This document shows, one piece after another, positions 16,062-26,686 of a stretch of 34,487 nucleotides of DNA. Within the stretch, counting starts at the first letter, position 1, and the number at the start of each line of letters is the position of its first letter. Position numbers and translations under genes: made by a program. The notes beneath the pieces are model-generated. The model saw only the letters and a list, made by a program, of their open reading frames with translations. It had not been told where the DNA came from and did no database searches. The stretch is taken from assembly GCA_035553795.1 (NCBI GenBank), contig DATMJU010000703.1:1-34487 (forward strand). Reading direction: 5' to 3'. Source of the DNA: Vicinamibacterales bacterium (GTDB lineage: Bacteria; Acidobacteriota; Vicinamibacteria; Vicinamibacterales; UBA2999).

Positions 16062-16613
16062 TCAGGCGCGCTTGCACGTGCAGTTCAGGCACCCGTGTTC
16101 GGCACACGCCCCGCAGGATTGCGTGACTCGCTTTTTGAGTGCTTCCCGCGCGCGAAACACACGCACGGCCGCGTTGCCCGGCGACAAGCCTCTCTGTTCC
16201 GCGAATGCCTTCACGGGCGTGCCGCCCACTTCAATCACCTGGAGCGCCTCGGCGTATTCCGGTTTCAACGTCCTCGCCAGGCGCGAAACGCACGCGCAGA
16301 TCTCGCCCTCGATCTCGTCGGTTGCTGCGTCGTGGGTTTCGAGTTCCCGCGCGAACGCCTCGTATGCCCGATTGGCCGCGCCACGGCGCCGGAACTGATC
16401 GACCGCCGCATTCCGTAACGTCCGATAAAACCAGGGGACGATTCCCTCGTCGTCGGGTGCCTGCTCGGGGCGCGTCACGACTTTCGCGAAGGCCTCCTGG
16501 AGGATGTCCTCGGCCAGTGCGCGGTCGCCCACGCGACCCTCCAGATAGCGGAGAAACGCGCGATGGTTCTCGATGAGCAAGGCGAGCGGAGCGTCGCGCT
16601 CGGCGGCATCCAC
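16062..16613 (-). CDS. ECF sigma factor with Cys-rich C-terminal extension (CorE-like)
   Basis: Region 2 (AEDILQEAFAKVV...WFYRTLRNAAVDQFRR) and region 4 (AFAEQRGLSPGNAAVRVFRAREALKKRV). CxC in the linker (EICACV) and C-terminal SCGACAEHGCLNCTC. GTG 16613 chosen because the longer ORF (to 17051) overlaps the divergent gene. Confidence 0.75.
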   Translation of the reverse strand: MDAAERDAPLALLIENHRAFLRYLEGRVGDRALAEDILQEAFAKVVTRPEQAPDDEGIVPWFYRTLRNAAVDQFRRRGAANRAYEAFARELETHDAATDEIEGEICACVSRLARTLKPEYAEALQVIEVGGTPVKAFAEQRGLSPGNAAVRVFRAREALKKRVTQSCGACAEHGCLNCTCKRA

Positions 16614-16721
16614 CAGCCCATTGTATGAGCTTGCAAGATCCGGTGCGGCAGTTGCATCGGAGAACCCGTCATCGGATCGCCGCTCATCGCCGAGCGCCGA
16701 CAGTCGAACTGGAGCTTTCGA

Positions 16722-17120
16722 ATGCAAACCAAAGAAATGATCGCCAGCCATCCCGACGTCAAGGGCAACGTCAATGAAGCGTTGCTGCAGTTCATCGAGG
16801 CGAGCTATGAATGTGCCCAGACCTGCACCTCGTGCGCAGACGCGTGTCTGGCTGAAGAGATGGTCGCACAGCTGCGCCAGTGCATTCGGCTGAACCTGGA
16901 TTGCGCGGATGTGTGCCTTGCGACGGCAACAGTGGCCAACCGCAGGACGGGCTCGAACGAGGAAGTCATCCGTAAGATGCTCGAGGCGTGCGTCAGCGCA
17001 TGCCGACTCTGCGCAGACGAATGTGAGCGGCACGCCTCGAAGCATGAGCACTGCCGGGTTTGCGCGGAGTCCTGTCGGCGGTGCGAAAAGGCATGTCAGG
17101 CGGCGTTGAAGATTTTTTAG
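16722..17120 (+). CDS. Cys-rich four-helix-bundle metal-binding protein (DUF326 type)
   Basis: Repeated Cys-spaced helices: CAQTCTSCADACL, CIRLNLDCADVCL, CVSACRLCADEC, HCRVCAESCRRCEKAC. Confidence 0.8.
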   Translation: MQTKEMIASHPDVKGNVNEALLQFIEASYECAQTCTSCADACLAEEMVAQLRQCIRLNLDCADVCLATATVANRRTGSNEEVIRKMLEACVSACRLCADECERHASKHEHCRVCAESCRRCEKACQAALKIF

Positions 17121-17261
17121 TGCGCGGTTGCTCCCCTTCCGGCCCCCTCGACCTGAGCATGGGCACTATCCCTGCATCCGAACCCGACGGACGCCGATGC
17201 TCAACGTTCGAAGCTAAGTCATCGCGCGGATGCGAACGGACGGGCTCGGACAGGGGGAACC

Positions 17262-17825
17262 ATGAAGCGGTCCGCGGTGCTCATCTCGTTGACGGTTGTG
17301 CTGGTCGTGGTGTTCCTGGGTCTGGGCCTGGTGGCATTCGCCTACTCCGGCGCCGCGAACGTCGCCGCCTCCGAGGATTACCTGCCCGGCGTCAAATGGT
17401 TCTTCGCCACGGTGTCGGACAACTCCATCAAGGCGCACGCCGAGGAAGCAGCGACCCGCGGCGAAATCTCGGAACCTGCCGAAGTAACCGACGCGATGCT
17501 GCGCAAGGGCGCGTCCGAGTACCAGGCGATGTGCGTGCCGTGTCACGGCACGCCGGGCGGTTCACGCGGTGAGTTCGGGCGAGGCATGAAGCCGGAGCCT
17601 CCGGACCTCGCGAACGTCGCGCGTGAGATGGAGCTGCGAGAGGTCTATTGGGTTCTTCACCACGGCATCCGCCACACCGGGATGCCGGCGTTCGGCGGCA
17701 GCCATTCCACAGAAGACCTGTGGGCGATCGCCACGTTCGTCGAGCGCTTCGACGAAATGACGCCCGCACAGTACGAGCAGTGGATCAAGGAGTCGGGGGC
17801 CAAAATCAACTCGCACTCGCACTGA
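17262..17825 (+). CDS. Membrane-anchored mono-haem c-type cytochrome
   Basis: N-terminal TM anchor LISLTVVLVVVFLGLGLVAF, CxxCH motif (MCVPCHG) and distal Met region HTGMPAF. Confidence 0.8.
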   Translation: MKRSAVLISLTVVLVVVFLGLGLVAFAYSGAANVAASEDYLPGVKWFFATVSDNSIKAHAEEAATRGEISEPAEVTDAMLRKGASEYQAMCVPCHGTPGGSRGEFGRGMKPEPPDLANVAREMELREVYWVLHHGIRHTGMPAFGGSHSTEDLWAIATFVERFDEMTPAQYEQWIKESGAKINSHSH

Positions 17826-17921
17826 GAGCATCATCACCCGCGGATGCGCGCCTATGACTGTGGCACTGTAATGAGAGGCGCGGGGGTGCGTGAAGGCAGT
17901 ACAACCAACAGGAGGCTGTAC

Positions 17922-18065
17922 ATGGAACGCGATGTCGTCTGCGGTATGCAGGTGGATCCCGCCAAGGCGGCGGGGACGAGTGAACACAACGGGAAGACGT
18001 ACTACTTCTGCTCGAAGGGGTGCAAAGCCAAGTTCGACGCAAGTCCTTCTCAGTTCGATCGATAG
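17922..18065 (+). CDS. Small YHS/TRASH-domain metal-binding protein
   Basis: AGGAGG at 17910-17915, then ATG 17922. Encodes MERDVVCGMQVDPAKAAGTSEHNGKTYYFCSKGCKAKFDASP, the YHS pattern (CGM...Y(Y/F)FCS..C). Confidence 0.75.
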   Translation: MERDVVCGMQVDPAKAAGTSEHNGKTYYFCSKGCKAKFDASPSQFDR

Positions 18066-18160
18066 GGTCGACGGGGCGCTCCGACGGAGGGCCCCGCAAC
18101 CTCCTCCGTTCGGGGGTGTAATGGAAATCCGGGCGATGCGTGATCGGGGTGGAGGTTGAC

Positions 18161-20609
<2,449 letters not shown>

Positions 20610-20613
<4 letters not shown>

Positions 20614-21080
20614 CGGGAGGCCGCGTGGCGTATACTCGTTTCGTGCGCCTCGTCTGGCAGCGGACAATCAGCGTCGCCGTGCTGTCCCTCCTCGCGACCC
20701 TTCCCGTGAGCGGGCCGGTCTGCGCCGTGCTCTGCGCGCCTCCGGCACAGGACGAATACGCCACGGCGGGACATCACGATCAGCACGCCGATCATGATCA
20801 GCACGCCTCAGTGCCACCCGATCGCGAGTCGCACGTGAATCAGGCTGCCATGGGTGCTCCGCCGCATCAGAACTGCAGTAGCCATCAAGCACTTGGGGAT
20901 GTCACAGCCGCGTCGCTGTCAGCCGTGCGGGCTGATGTCGGCCTCATCACGGCCGTGCAGCACGTTCTCCCGATGGCTGCGTATCTGTCCCGACCGATGC
21001 CGCTCCGCGTGTACTCGGGCTCGAGTCCACCGCTCGACACGCCATCGCCCACGTGCGCTCCGCTCGTTCTCCGCATCTGA
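20610..21080 (+). CDS. Hypothetical His/Cys-rich secreted or anchored protein
   Basis: GTG overlaps the copA stop (GTGA). Hydrophobic N-terminus [25 protein letters not shown] (CxxxC), then [16 protein letters not shown] and C-terminal ...TCAPLVLRI. Confidence 0.45.
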
Positions 21081-21148
21081 TCGCCCTCCCGTAGGCGCCT
21101 CCCTCGAGTCGCGCCCAGCCTCCTGACAGTTCACTCGGCCGCGCAGCG

Positions 21149-21168
21149 GCGCCACGCGCATGTGGCGC
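21149..21168 (+). terminator. GC-rich hairpin GCGCCAC-GCGCAT-GTGGCGC downstream of the ATPase operon
   Basis: 7-bp perfect stem read from the sequence, with only a weak T-rich tail (TGAAACTTGTCTT). A second hairpin lies at 21181-21212 (GTCTTCG...CGAAGAC). Confidence 0.25.
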
Positions 21169-21279
21169 GGCCTGAAACTTGTCTTCGGCGAAGAGCTAAC
21201 GCCGACGAAGACGCCACCGCATCACGCACGACGGCGGGCGGCAGTGACGCCGACCGCATGAGCATCGATCAGACGCAAC

Positions 21280-23199
21280 ATGAGACTTCAGAAGCATCCG
21301 CGCAATCCATCGTTGTCACGGCCATCGCGCCGGACGTTCGTCAAGGGCCTGGCCATGGGCGGCGTGGCCGCCGGGCTCGGCCTGTGGGGTGAGCGCGCCT
21401 GGGCCCAGGGTGTGGCGCGCCGCGACACGGGCGTGCTGTCGGGCACCGAGTTCGACCTGGGCTTCGAGGAGACGCTGGTGAACTTCACCGGTGCGCCCCG
21501 GTTCGCGCACGCCGTGAATCGCTCGATCCCGGCCCCGATTCTGCGCTGGAAAGAGGGCGATACCGTGACGCTGCGCGCCTCGAATAGGCTGGCGGACGAC
21601 TACGCCTCGATTCACTGGCACGGCATTCTGCTGCCGGCCAATATGGACGGCGTTCCGGGTCTGAGCTTCAACGGCATAGCCCCTGGCGAAACGTATGTCT
21701 ACCGGTTCGATGTGAAGCAGGGCGGCACGTACTGGTATCACAGCCACTCGGCGTTCCAGGAACAGCTCGGACTGTACGGCGCGCTCATCATCGAACCGCG
21801 AGAGCCAGAGCCCTTCCGCTACGACCGCGAGCACGTCGTCCTCCTGTCGGACTGGACGGATGAAGATCCCGAGCGCGTGTTCGCAAAGTTGAAGAAGCAG
21901 GCGGACTACTACAACTTCAACAAGCGCACGGTCGGAGACCTGTTCCGCGACATCCGCAGGCGCGGCCTGGGCGAGACACTGGTCGACCGCGCCGCGTGGG
22001 GCGAGATGCGGATGACGCCGACGGATCTGGCCGACGTCTCGGGCTACACCTACACCTACCTGATGAACGGGACGGCACCGGCCGGCAACTGGACGGGGAT
22101 GTTCAAGCCCGGCGAGCGCGTCCGCCTGCGTTTCATCAACGGCTCGTCGATGACCTACTTCGATGTCCGCATCCCCGGTCTGAAGATGACCGTGGTCGCC
22201 GCCGACGGCCAGAACGTCCATCCCGTCACCATCGACGAGTTCCGGATTGCGGTCGCGGAAACGTTCGACGTCATTGTTGAACCGACCGGCCAAGACGCGT
22301 TCACGATCTTCGCGCAGTCGATGGACCGCACCGGCTACGCCCGCGGCACTCTGGCGGTCCGCGAAGGGCTGAGTGCCCCGGTGCCGGAGCCCGATCCTCG
22401 CCCGCTGCTCACCATGGCGGACATGGGCCACGGAGGGATGGGTCACGACATGAGCGCAATGGGCACGGCAGCGGCGCCGGCAGCCAAGCCTGACGATCCG
22501 CACGCCGGGCACAAGATGCCGTCCCCGAAAGCCGTCGCCGCGGACCCGCACGCCGGTCATACCGCGCCGCCGCAGAAACCTGTCGCGCCTGATCCACACG
22601 CGGGCCACAACATGCCCGCGCAGAAGCCACAGGCGCCCGATCCGCACGCTGGTCATGACATGGCCTCGATGACGATGCAGTCGCACCCGCCAAGCGAAGA
22701 GGGGAATCCGCTGGTGGACATGCAGACGATGATGCCGACGTCGCGCCTCGACGATCCGGGCATCGGTCTCCGGGACAACGGTCGCCGCGTTCTGACATAT
22801 GCGGATCTCAGGAGTCTGTTCGACGACCCTGACGGACGGGAGCCGGGCCGGACGATCGAACTGCATCTGACGGGGCACATGGAGCGGTTCGCCTGGTCGT
22901 TCGACGGCGTGAAGTTCTCGAACGCGGCACCGCTCCGGCTCACCTACGGCGAGCGCCTGCGCATCGTCCTGGTCAACGACACGATGATGACCCACCCGAT
23001 ACATCTGCATGGCATGTGGAGCGATCTCGAGGGCGACGACGGCGAGTTCCTCGTCCGCAAGCACACCATCGACATGCCGCCCGGCACGAAACGGAGTTAT
23101 CGCGTGCGCGCCGACGCGCTGGGCCGCTGGGCGTATCACTGCCACCTGCTCTACCACATGGAAGCGGGCATGTTCCGGGAAGTGAGGGTCGAAGAATGA
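21280..23199 (+). CDS. Copper-resistance multicopper oxidase (CopA/PcoA type) with Tat signal and His/Met-rich repeat insert
   Basis: Tat motif SRRTFVKG. Copper ligand motifs HWHG, WYHSH, HPIHLHG and HCHLLYHMEAGM. Confidence 0.9.
   Translation: MRLQKHPRNPSLSRPSRRTFVKGLAMGGVAAGLGLWGERAWAQGVARRDTGVLSGTEFDLGFEETLVNFTGAPRFAHAVNRSIPAPILRWKEGDTVTLRASNRLADDYASIHWHGILLPANMDGVPGLSFNGIAPGETYVYRFDVKQGGTYWYHSHSAFQEQLGLYGALIIEPREPEPFRYDREHVVLLSDWTDEDPERVFAKLKKQADYYNFNKRTVGDLFRDIRRRGLGETLVDRAAWGEMRMTPTDLADVSGYTYTYLMNGTAPAGNWTGMFKPGERVRLRFINGSSMTYFDVRIPGLKMTVVAADGQNVHPVTIDEFRIAVAETFDVIVEPTGQDAFTIFAQSMDRTGYARGTLAVREGLSAPVPEPDPRPLLTMADMGHGGMGHDMSAMGTAAAPAAKPDDPHAGHKMPSPKAVAADPHAGHTAPPQKPVAPDPHAGHNMPAQKPQAPDPHAGHDMASMTMQSHPPSEEGNPLVDMQTMMPTSRLDDPGIGLRDNGRRVLTYADLRSLFDDPDGREPGRTIELHLTGHMERFAWSFDGVKFSNAAPLRLTYGERLRIVLVNDTMMTHPIHLHGMWSDLEGDDGEFLVRKHTIDMPPGTKRSYRVRADALGRWAYHCHLLYHMEAGMFREVRVEE
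22495..22671 (+). repeat. In-frame tandem 48-nt (16-aa) repeats DPHAGHxMPxxKPxAP, 3.7 copies, inside the multicopper oxidase
   Basis: Units DPHAGHKMPSPKAVAA / DPHAGHTAPPQKPVAP / DPHAGHNMPAQKPQAP / DPHAGHDMASM. Unit boundaries at 22495, 22543, 22591 and 22639. Confidence 0.85.
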
Positions 23200-24137
23200 G
23201 CGGCGGGCTGGTGTTGCGCGCACTGATGATCATCATGGCCGCCGTAGTGGCATTCCCGTCGGTGGTCGCGGGGCAGGCGCCGTCTGCGCCTCTTCCCGCA
23301 CCGCCTCACGAGCACGGCGGTCACGAGGCCTCGCAGGCGAAGCCACAACCGCCGCCACCGCCAAAGCAGGGTCACCCCACGCACAAGCCTGGCGATCCGG
23401 CGCCCTATCCGCCTGGCCAGCCTCCACCGACCGGGCTTCCTCCCATTACGGACGAAGACCGGAAAGCGGCGTTTCCCGAGCTCCACGGACAGCACACGGT
23501 GCACGATGACGCCGTGTTCACCTACGTGCTGTTCGATCAGCTGGAGTGGCAGGCGGGCGACGGCAGCTCAAGTTTCAGCTGGGACAACAAGGGCTGGATC
23601 GGTCGTGACGTGAACCGATTCTGGTTCCGGACGGAAGGAGAGGCCGCAGACGGCGATCTCGGTGAAGCGGAGGCCCATACGCTCTACGGGCGCGCGATCG
23701 CTCGCTGGTGGGATCTGGTGGTCGGCGTTCGCCAGGATGTCCGGCCCGGTCCGGCCCGGACATGGGCGGCTGTCGGCATACAGGGCCTCGCGCCGTACTG
23801 GTTCGAGGTGGAGGCAACGGCGTACGTCGGTGAGTCCGGCCGTACGCACGTCCGTCTCGAGAGCGAGTACGAGCTGCTGCTCACCAATCGATTGGTCCTT
23901 CAGCCCCTTGTGGAAGTTGACATCTACGGGAAGTCGGACCCCCAACGCGGCCTGGGCGCTGGATTGAGCTCGATGAACGCGGGCCTCCGCCTCCGCTACG
24001 AGATTCGGCGCGAGCTTGCGCCCTACGTGGGCGTCACCTGGAATCGCAAGTTCTTCGGTACCGCCGATCTGGCGAAGTCGGAAGGCGAGGACATCGGCGA
24101 AGCGCGGCTGGCGCTCGGCGTACGGGTCTGGTTTTAG
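23196..24137 (+). CDS. Copper resistance protein B (CopB/PcoB outer-membrane protein)
   Basis: ATG 23196 overlaps the oxidase stop (ATGA). Signal peptide, Pro/His-rich N-terminus, then FDQLEWQ...WFRTEGE...YVGVTWNRKFFG, ending VRVWF. Confidence 0.8.
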   Translation: MSGGLVLRALMIIMAAVVAFPSVVAGQAPSAPLPAPPHEHGGHEASQAKPQPPPPPKQGHPTHKPGDPAPYPPGQPPPTGLPPITDEDRKAAFPELHGQHTVHDDAVFTYVLFDQLEWQAGDGSSSFSWDNKGWIGRDVNRFWFRTEGEAADGDLGEAEAHTLYGRAIARWWDLVVGVRQDVRPGPARTWAAVGIQGLAPYWFEVEATAYVGESGRTHVRLESEYELLLTNRLVLQPLVEVDIYGKSDPQRGLGAGLSSMNAGLRLRYEIRRELAPYVGVTWNRKFFGTADLAKSEGEDIGEARLALGVRVWF

Positions 24138-24145
24138 ATGCGCAG

Positions 24146-24778
24146 GTGCCTATGATCAAACGCATTGGGAAGTGGCTTGTCATTGCCTTCGCGCTCGTCG
24201 GTGTCGCCACCGCTGTGGGCGCGATCGCATTCCTCTCGTCCGGCATCAGCGCCAGACCGGAACCCAGTGCATTCGAGGCAGCTGCCGCTGGCCGGCTGCG
24301 GGCGCTGGCGATCCCCGCGTCGGCGAAGAATCAAAGCAATCCGGTATCCCTGGACGATGGGGTGATCGAAGCCGGTATGGCTCACTGGGCGGATCACTGC
24401 GCCCTGTGCCACGCGAACAACGGCGACGGACAGACCGAGATCGGGCGTGGGCTGTACCCGCGGGCGCCCGATATGCGGCTGCCGGCCACGCAGGACCTCA
24501 GTGACGGCACCTTGTTCTACATCATCGAGAACGGCGTGAAGCTCACGGGAATGCCCGCGTGGGGCACCGGAACACCCGAGGGAGAACACGAGAGCTGGAA
24601 GCTAGTGCACTTCGTCCGCCAGCTGCCGAAGCTGACACCGGAGCAGATCGAGCGGATGGAAGCGATGAACCCGCGCAGCCTCGAGAGCTCGACCGAGGAG
24701 GAAGAGATCCGGCGGTTCCTGGAAGGCGAAGGAGCCGCGCCGAAACGCACGAAACCGAAGCATGGAGGACACGAATGA
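24146..24778 (+). CDS. Membrane-anchored mono-haem c-type cytochrome (paralogue of 17262-17825)
   Basis: TM anchor WLVIAFALVGVATAVGAIAFL, CxxCH (HCALCHA) and LTGMPAWG. Start is GTG 24146 or ATG 24152. Confidence 0.8.
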   Translation: MPMIKRIGKWLVIAFALVGVATAVGAIAFLSSGISARPEPSAFEAAAAGRLRALAIPASAKNQSNPVSLDDGVIEAGMAHWADHCALCHANNGDGQTEIGRGLYPRAPDMRLPATQDLSDGTLFYIIENGVKLTGMPAWGTGTPEGEHESWKLVHFVRQLPKLTPEQIERMEAMNPRSLESSTEEEEIRRFLEGEGAAPKRTKPKHGGHE

Positions 24779-25113
24779 TACGGACGAATCGTACAACGCG
24801 AGGCGCCCTGGTCGTCCTGGGGCTCGCGCTGGTGCTGGCGGTCCCTGCCGCCGCCCATGAGCAGAAATTCATGGGCACGGTCGCCTCGATCGAAGGCGAG
24901 CACCTGCACATCACGACGACCGAGAAGAAGGAGGTCATGGTGATGCTGCACGACAGAACGAAGATTCTCAGGGGCAAGGAAGCCGCGAAAGCGGAAGACA
25001 TCAAGGTCGGCGAGCGGATCGTCGTCATCACGACGGACGGCAAGGACAAGAACGGCAAGGCCATGTTGATGGCGAAGGAAGTACGGCTCGCGGCGACGAA
25101 CGGTAATTACTAG
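24775..25113 (+). CDS. Small periplasmic beta-rich protein (possible OB-fold metal chaperone)
   Basis: ATGA overlap with the upstream stop. Signal peptide ALVVLGLALVLAVPAAA-HEQ. His/Met residues (HEQKFMG, GEHLHI, VMVMLH) and KVGERIVV. Confidence 0.55.
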   Translation: MIRTNRTTRGALVVLGLALVLAVPAAAHEQKFMGTVASIEGEHLHITTTEKKEVMVMLHDRTKILRGKEAAKAEDIKVGERIVVITTDGKDKNGKAMLMAKEVRLAATNGNY

Positions 25114-25139
25114 ATCGTCAGGCTGAGAGGGAGACTGAG

Positions 25140-25673
25140 ATGAGGCGAATCATGATCGCGGCGGGGCTGTGTGCGCTCCTCTCCGGGGCGGCTTTGGCGC
25201 AGGTGACGGTGGGGGGCGGCGAGCAGACTGGCGGACACGACGGACACGACGGACATCAGGCCTCCCTCTCGACCGGAGAAGTTGCCCTGATCGAGAAGCG
25301 GCTGGCCGAGTACGACGCGGCGTTCAACGCGAAGGACCTGGAGAAGCTTGGCACCTTCTATCACCCTGACGTGACTATCTACGAAGGGGGCGGCGTCGAC
25401 AACGGATGGGCAGCCTATCGAGACGGCCATCTCGGACCTGAGTTGAAAGCGTTTGAGAACCTGCAGTTCGGGCATCGGGATATCACGGTCTCGATTCTGC
25501 CGGGTGGCCAGTCCGCCTATGTCCGGTCGGAGTACTTCCTCAAAGCGAAGATGGGGACGCGCGAAATCGACTCCTCCGGGCTGGCCACCTACGTGCTGAT
25601 CAAAGGCGAGAACGGCTGGAAGATCCGCCATTCGCATACGTCCAGCCGGCCACGCCGGCCTGCAGGTGGATAG
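25140..25673 (+). CDS. Secreted NTF2/SnoaL-like (DUF4440-like) protein with N-terminal GHDGHDGH motif
   Basis: GAGGGAG SD and signal peptide AAGLCALLSGAALA-Q. The pattern LIEKRLAEYDAAFNAKDLEKLGTFYHPDVTIYE...WKIRHSH is typical of the NTF2-like fold. Confidence 0.55.
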   Translation: MRRIMIAAGLCALLSGAALAQVTVGGGEQTGGHDGHDGHQASLSTGEVALIEKRLAEYDAAFNAKDLEKLGTFYHPDVTIYEGGGVDNGWAAYRDGHLGPELKAFENLQFGHRDITVSILPGGQSAYVRSEYFLKAKMGTREIDSSGLATYVLIKGENGWKIRHSHTSSRPRRPAGG

Positions 25674-25739
25674 CGCCCAACGGGCTCAATCGATTTCGAG
25701 TTCGCGAATGCACCCACGAACGATCAGACAGGGGGAGCG

Positions 25740-26621
25740 ATGCAGATGAGCTACTGGCGATTCGCCGCGATGATCGCCACGTCCACGCTGGTGATGTTTG
25801 GGCTGATGTACATCCACACCTATATCTGGGACCATGCGTTCTTCAGTGAGACGCGGGCGTGGATGGCGCTGCTCATGGGGGCGGTGATGGCGATCATCAT
25901 GCTCGGCTACATGCTGAACATGTACAAGAATCGCACGGTGAACATCGCCATCTTCGTCGGAGCGGCCCTGGCCTTTGGGTTGACGACGTGGCTGGTGCGT
26001 TCGCAGGTGACCGTGAGCGGCGTCGATTTCATGCAGGCGATGATCCCGCATCACTCGATCGCCATTCTCACGAGCGAACGGTCCGGCATCGAAGATCCGC
26101 GCGTGCGCAAGCTCGCCGACGAGATCATCGAGGCCCAGCGTAAGGAGATCGCGGAGATGAAGTACCTGATTCGCGCGCTGGAGCGCGAAGGCGTACAGCC
26201 AGACCGCAAGCCGAAGGCCCCGGCCGAAGAGATGCCGGCCGGCGAGGCGGCCCGGCGCGCCGACCTCACCACGACCGACCTCGAGTCGCTCACTGATGAG
26301 GAACTGCGGCGGGTGCTCGGGTCTGGACCGGTCTGCCGGTTCGGCTACGCGGCGGGCGATGCGGCAGTGGCTGCCGCGACGGTGCCGGGCGCCGGCGACA
26401 GCCGCGGCGTGATCAAGCTGCACGGCCGCCTGGTTCCGATGACGGTTCGATACCAGACGTTAGCGGGGGACGGTTTCGAGTTGTCGAGTGACGACGTCAC
26501 GGTCGTGGCCGCTGCGTACGAGGGCGCGGCCGAGAATGAGGCGCGGCAGGCCGATGCCCGGCTGCGGATCGGAAAGGATCTGGAAGTGGGGTATGGCGGA
26601 TTCTACAAGTGCACACAGTAG
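25740..26621 (+). CDS. Membrane protein with a DUF305 (ferritin-like, MIPHH) domain and an extra C-terminal domain
   Basis: GGGGGAG SD. Four N-terminal TM helices. FMQAMIPHHSIAILTS...LADEIIEAQRKEIAEMKYLI is the DUF305 signature. A further ~110-aa C-terminal region is unrecognised. Confidence 0.65.
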   Translation: MQMSYWRFAAMIATSTLVMFGLMYIHTYIWDHAFFSETRAWMALLMGAVMAIIMLGYMLNMYKNRTVNIAIFVGAALAFGLTTWLVRSQVTVSGVDFMQAMIPHHSIAILTSERSGIEDPRVRKLADEIIEAQRKEIAEMKYLIRALEREGVQPDRKPKAPAEEMPAGEAARRADLTTTDLESLTDEELRRVLGSGPVCRFGYAAGDAAVAAATVPGAGDSRGVIKLHGRLVPMTVRYQTLAGDGFELSSDDVTVVAAAYEGAAENEARQADARLRIGKDLEVGYGGFYKCTQ

Positions 26622-26645
26622 CCGACCTACCACAACGAGCATAGA

Positions 26646-26659
26646 GTCACATATGTGAC
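26646..26659. promoter_or_regulatory. Perfect 14-bp palindrome GTCACATATGTGAC upstream of the ZIP transporter (candidate metalloregulator operator)
   Basis: Read directly from the sequence, 28 nt upstream of ATG 26687. AT-rich core in a GC-rich context. Confidence 0.4.
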
Positions 26660-26686
26660 AAGCGCAGATCTGAGTTCACAACATCC

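Noticed and set aside
16614-17051. N-terminal 146 codons of the 329-aa ORF containing the ECF sigma factor.
   Set aside because: Overlaps the well-supported divergent DUF326 gene and has no sigma-like sequence. The sigma domain begins near GTG 16613.
22495-22671. CRISPR-like or minisatellite interpretation of the 48-nt repeats.
   Set aside because: The repeats are directly adjacent with no spacers, are in frame, and encode a His/Met motif within an intact oxidase gene.
23016-23195. Upstream extension of the CopB ORF (MERSRGRRRR...). Likewise the extensions of the ORFs starting at 24559, 17844, 18140, 6472, 9598 and 14686.
   Set aside because: The extensions overlap the preceding genes, are Arg-rich, and precede internal ATG/GTG starts that have SD sequences, signal peptides or start/stop overlaps.
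21316-23223. 635-aa ORF antisense to the multicopper oxidase. Similar long antisense ORFs occur at 4261-5088, 19054-19908, 2298-2981 and 7359-8036.
   Set aside because: Arg/Pro/Gly-rich low-complexity translations lying opposite genes with clear catalytic motifs. These are the expected stop-codon-poor shadow frames of GC-rich DNA.
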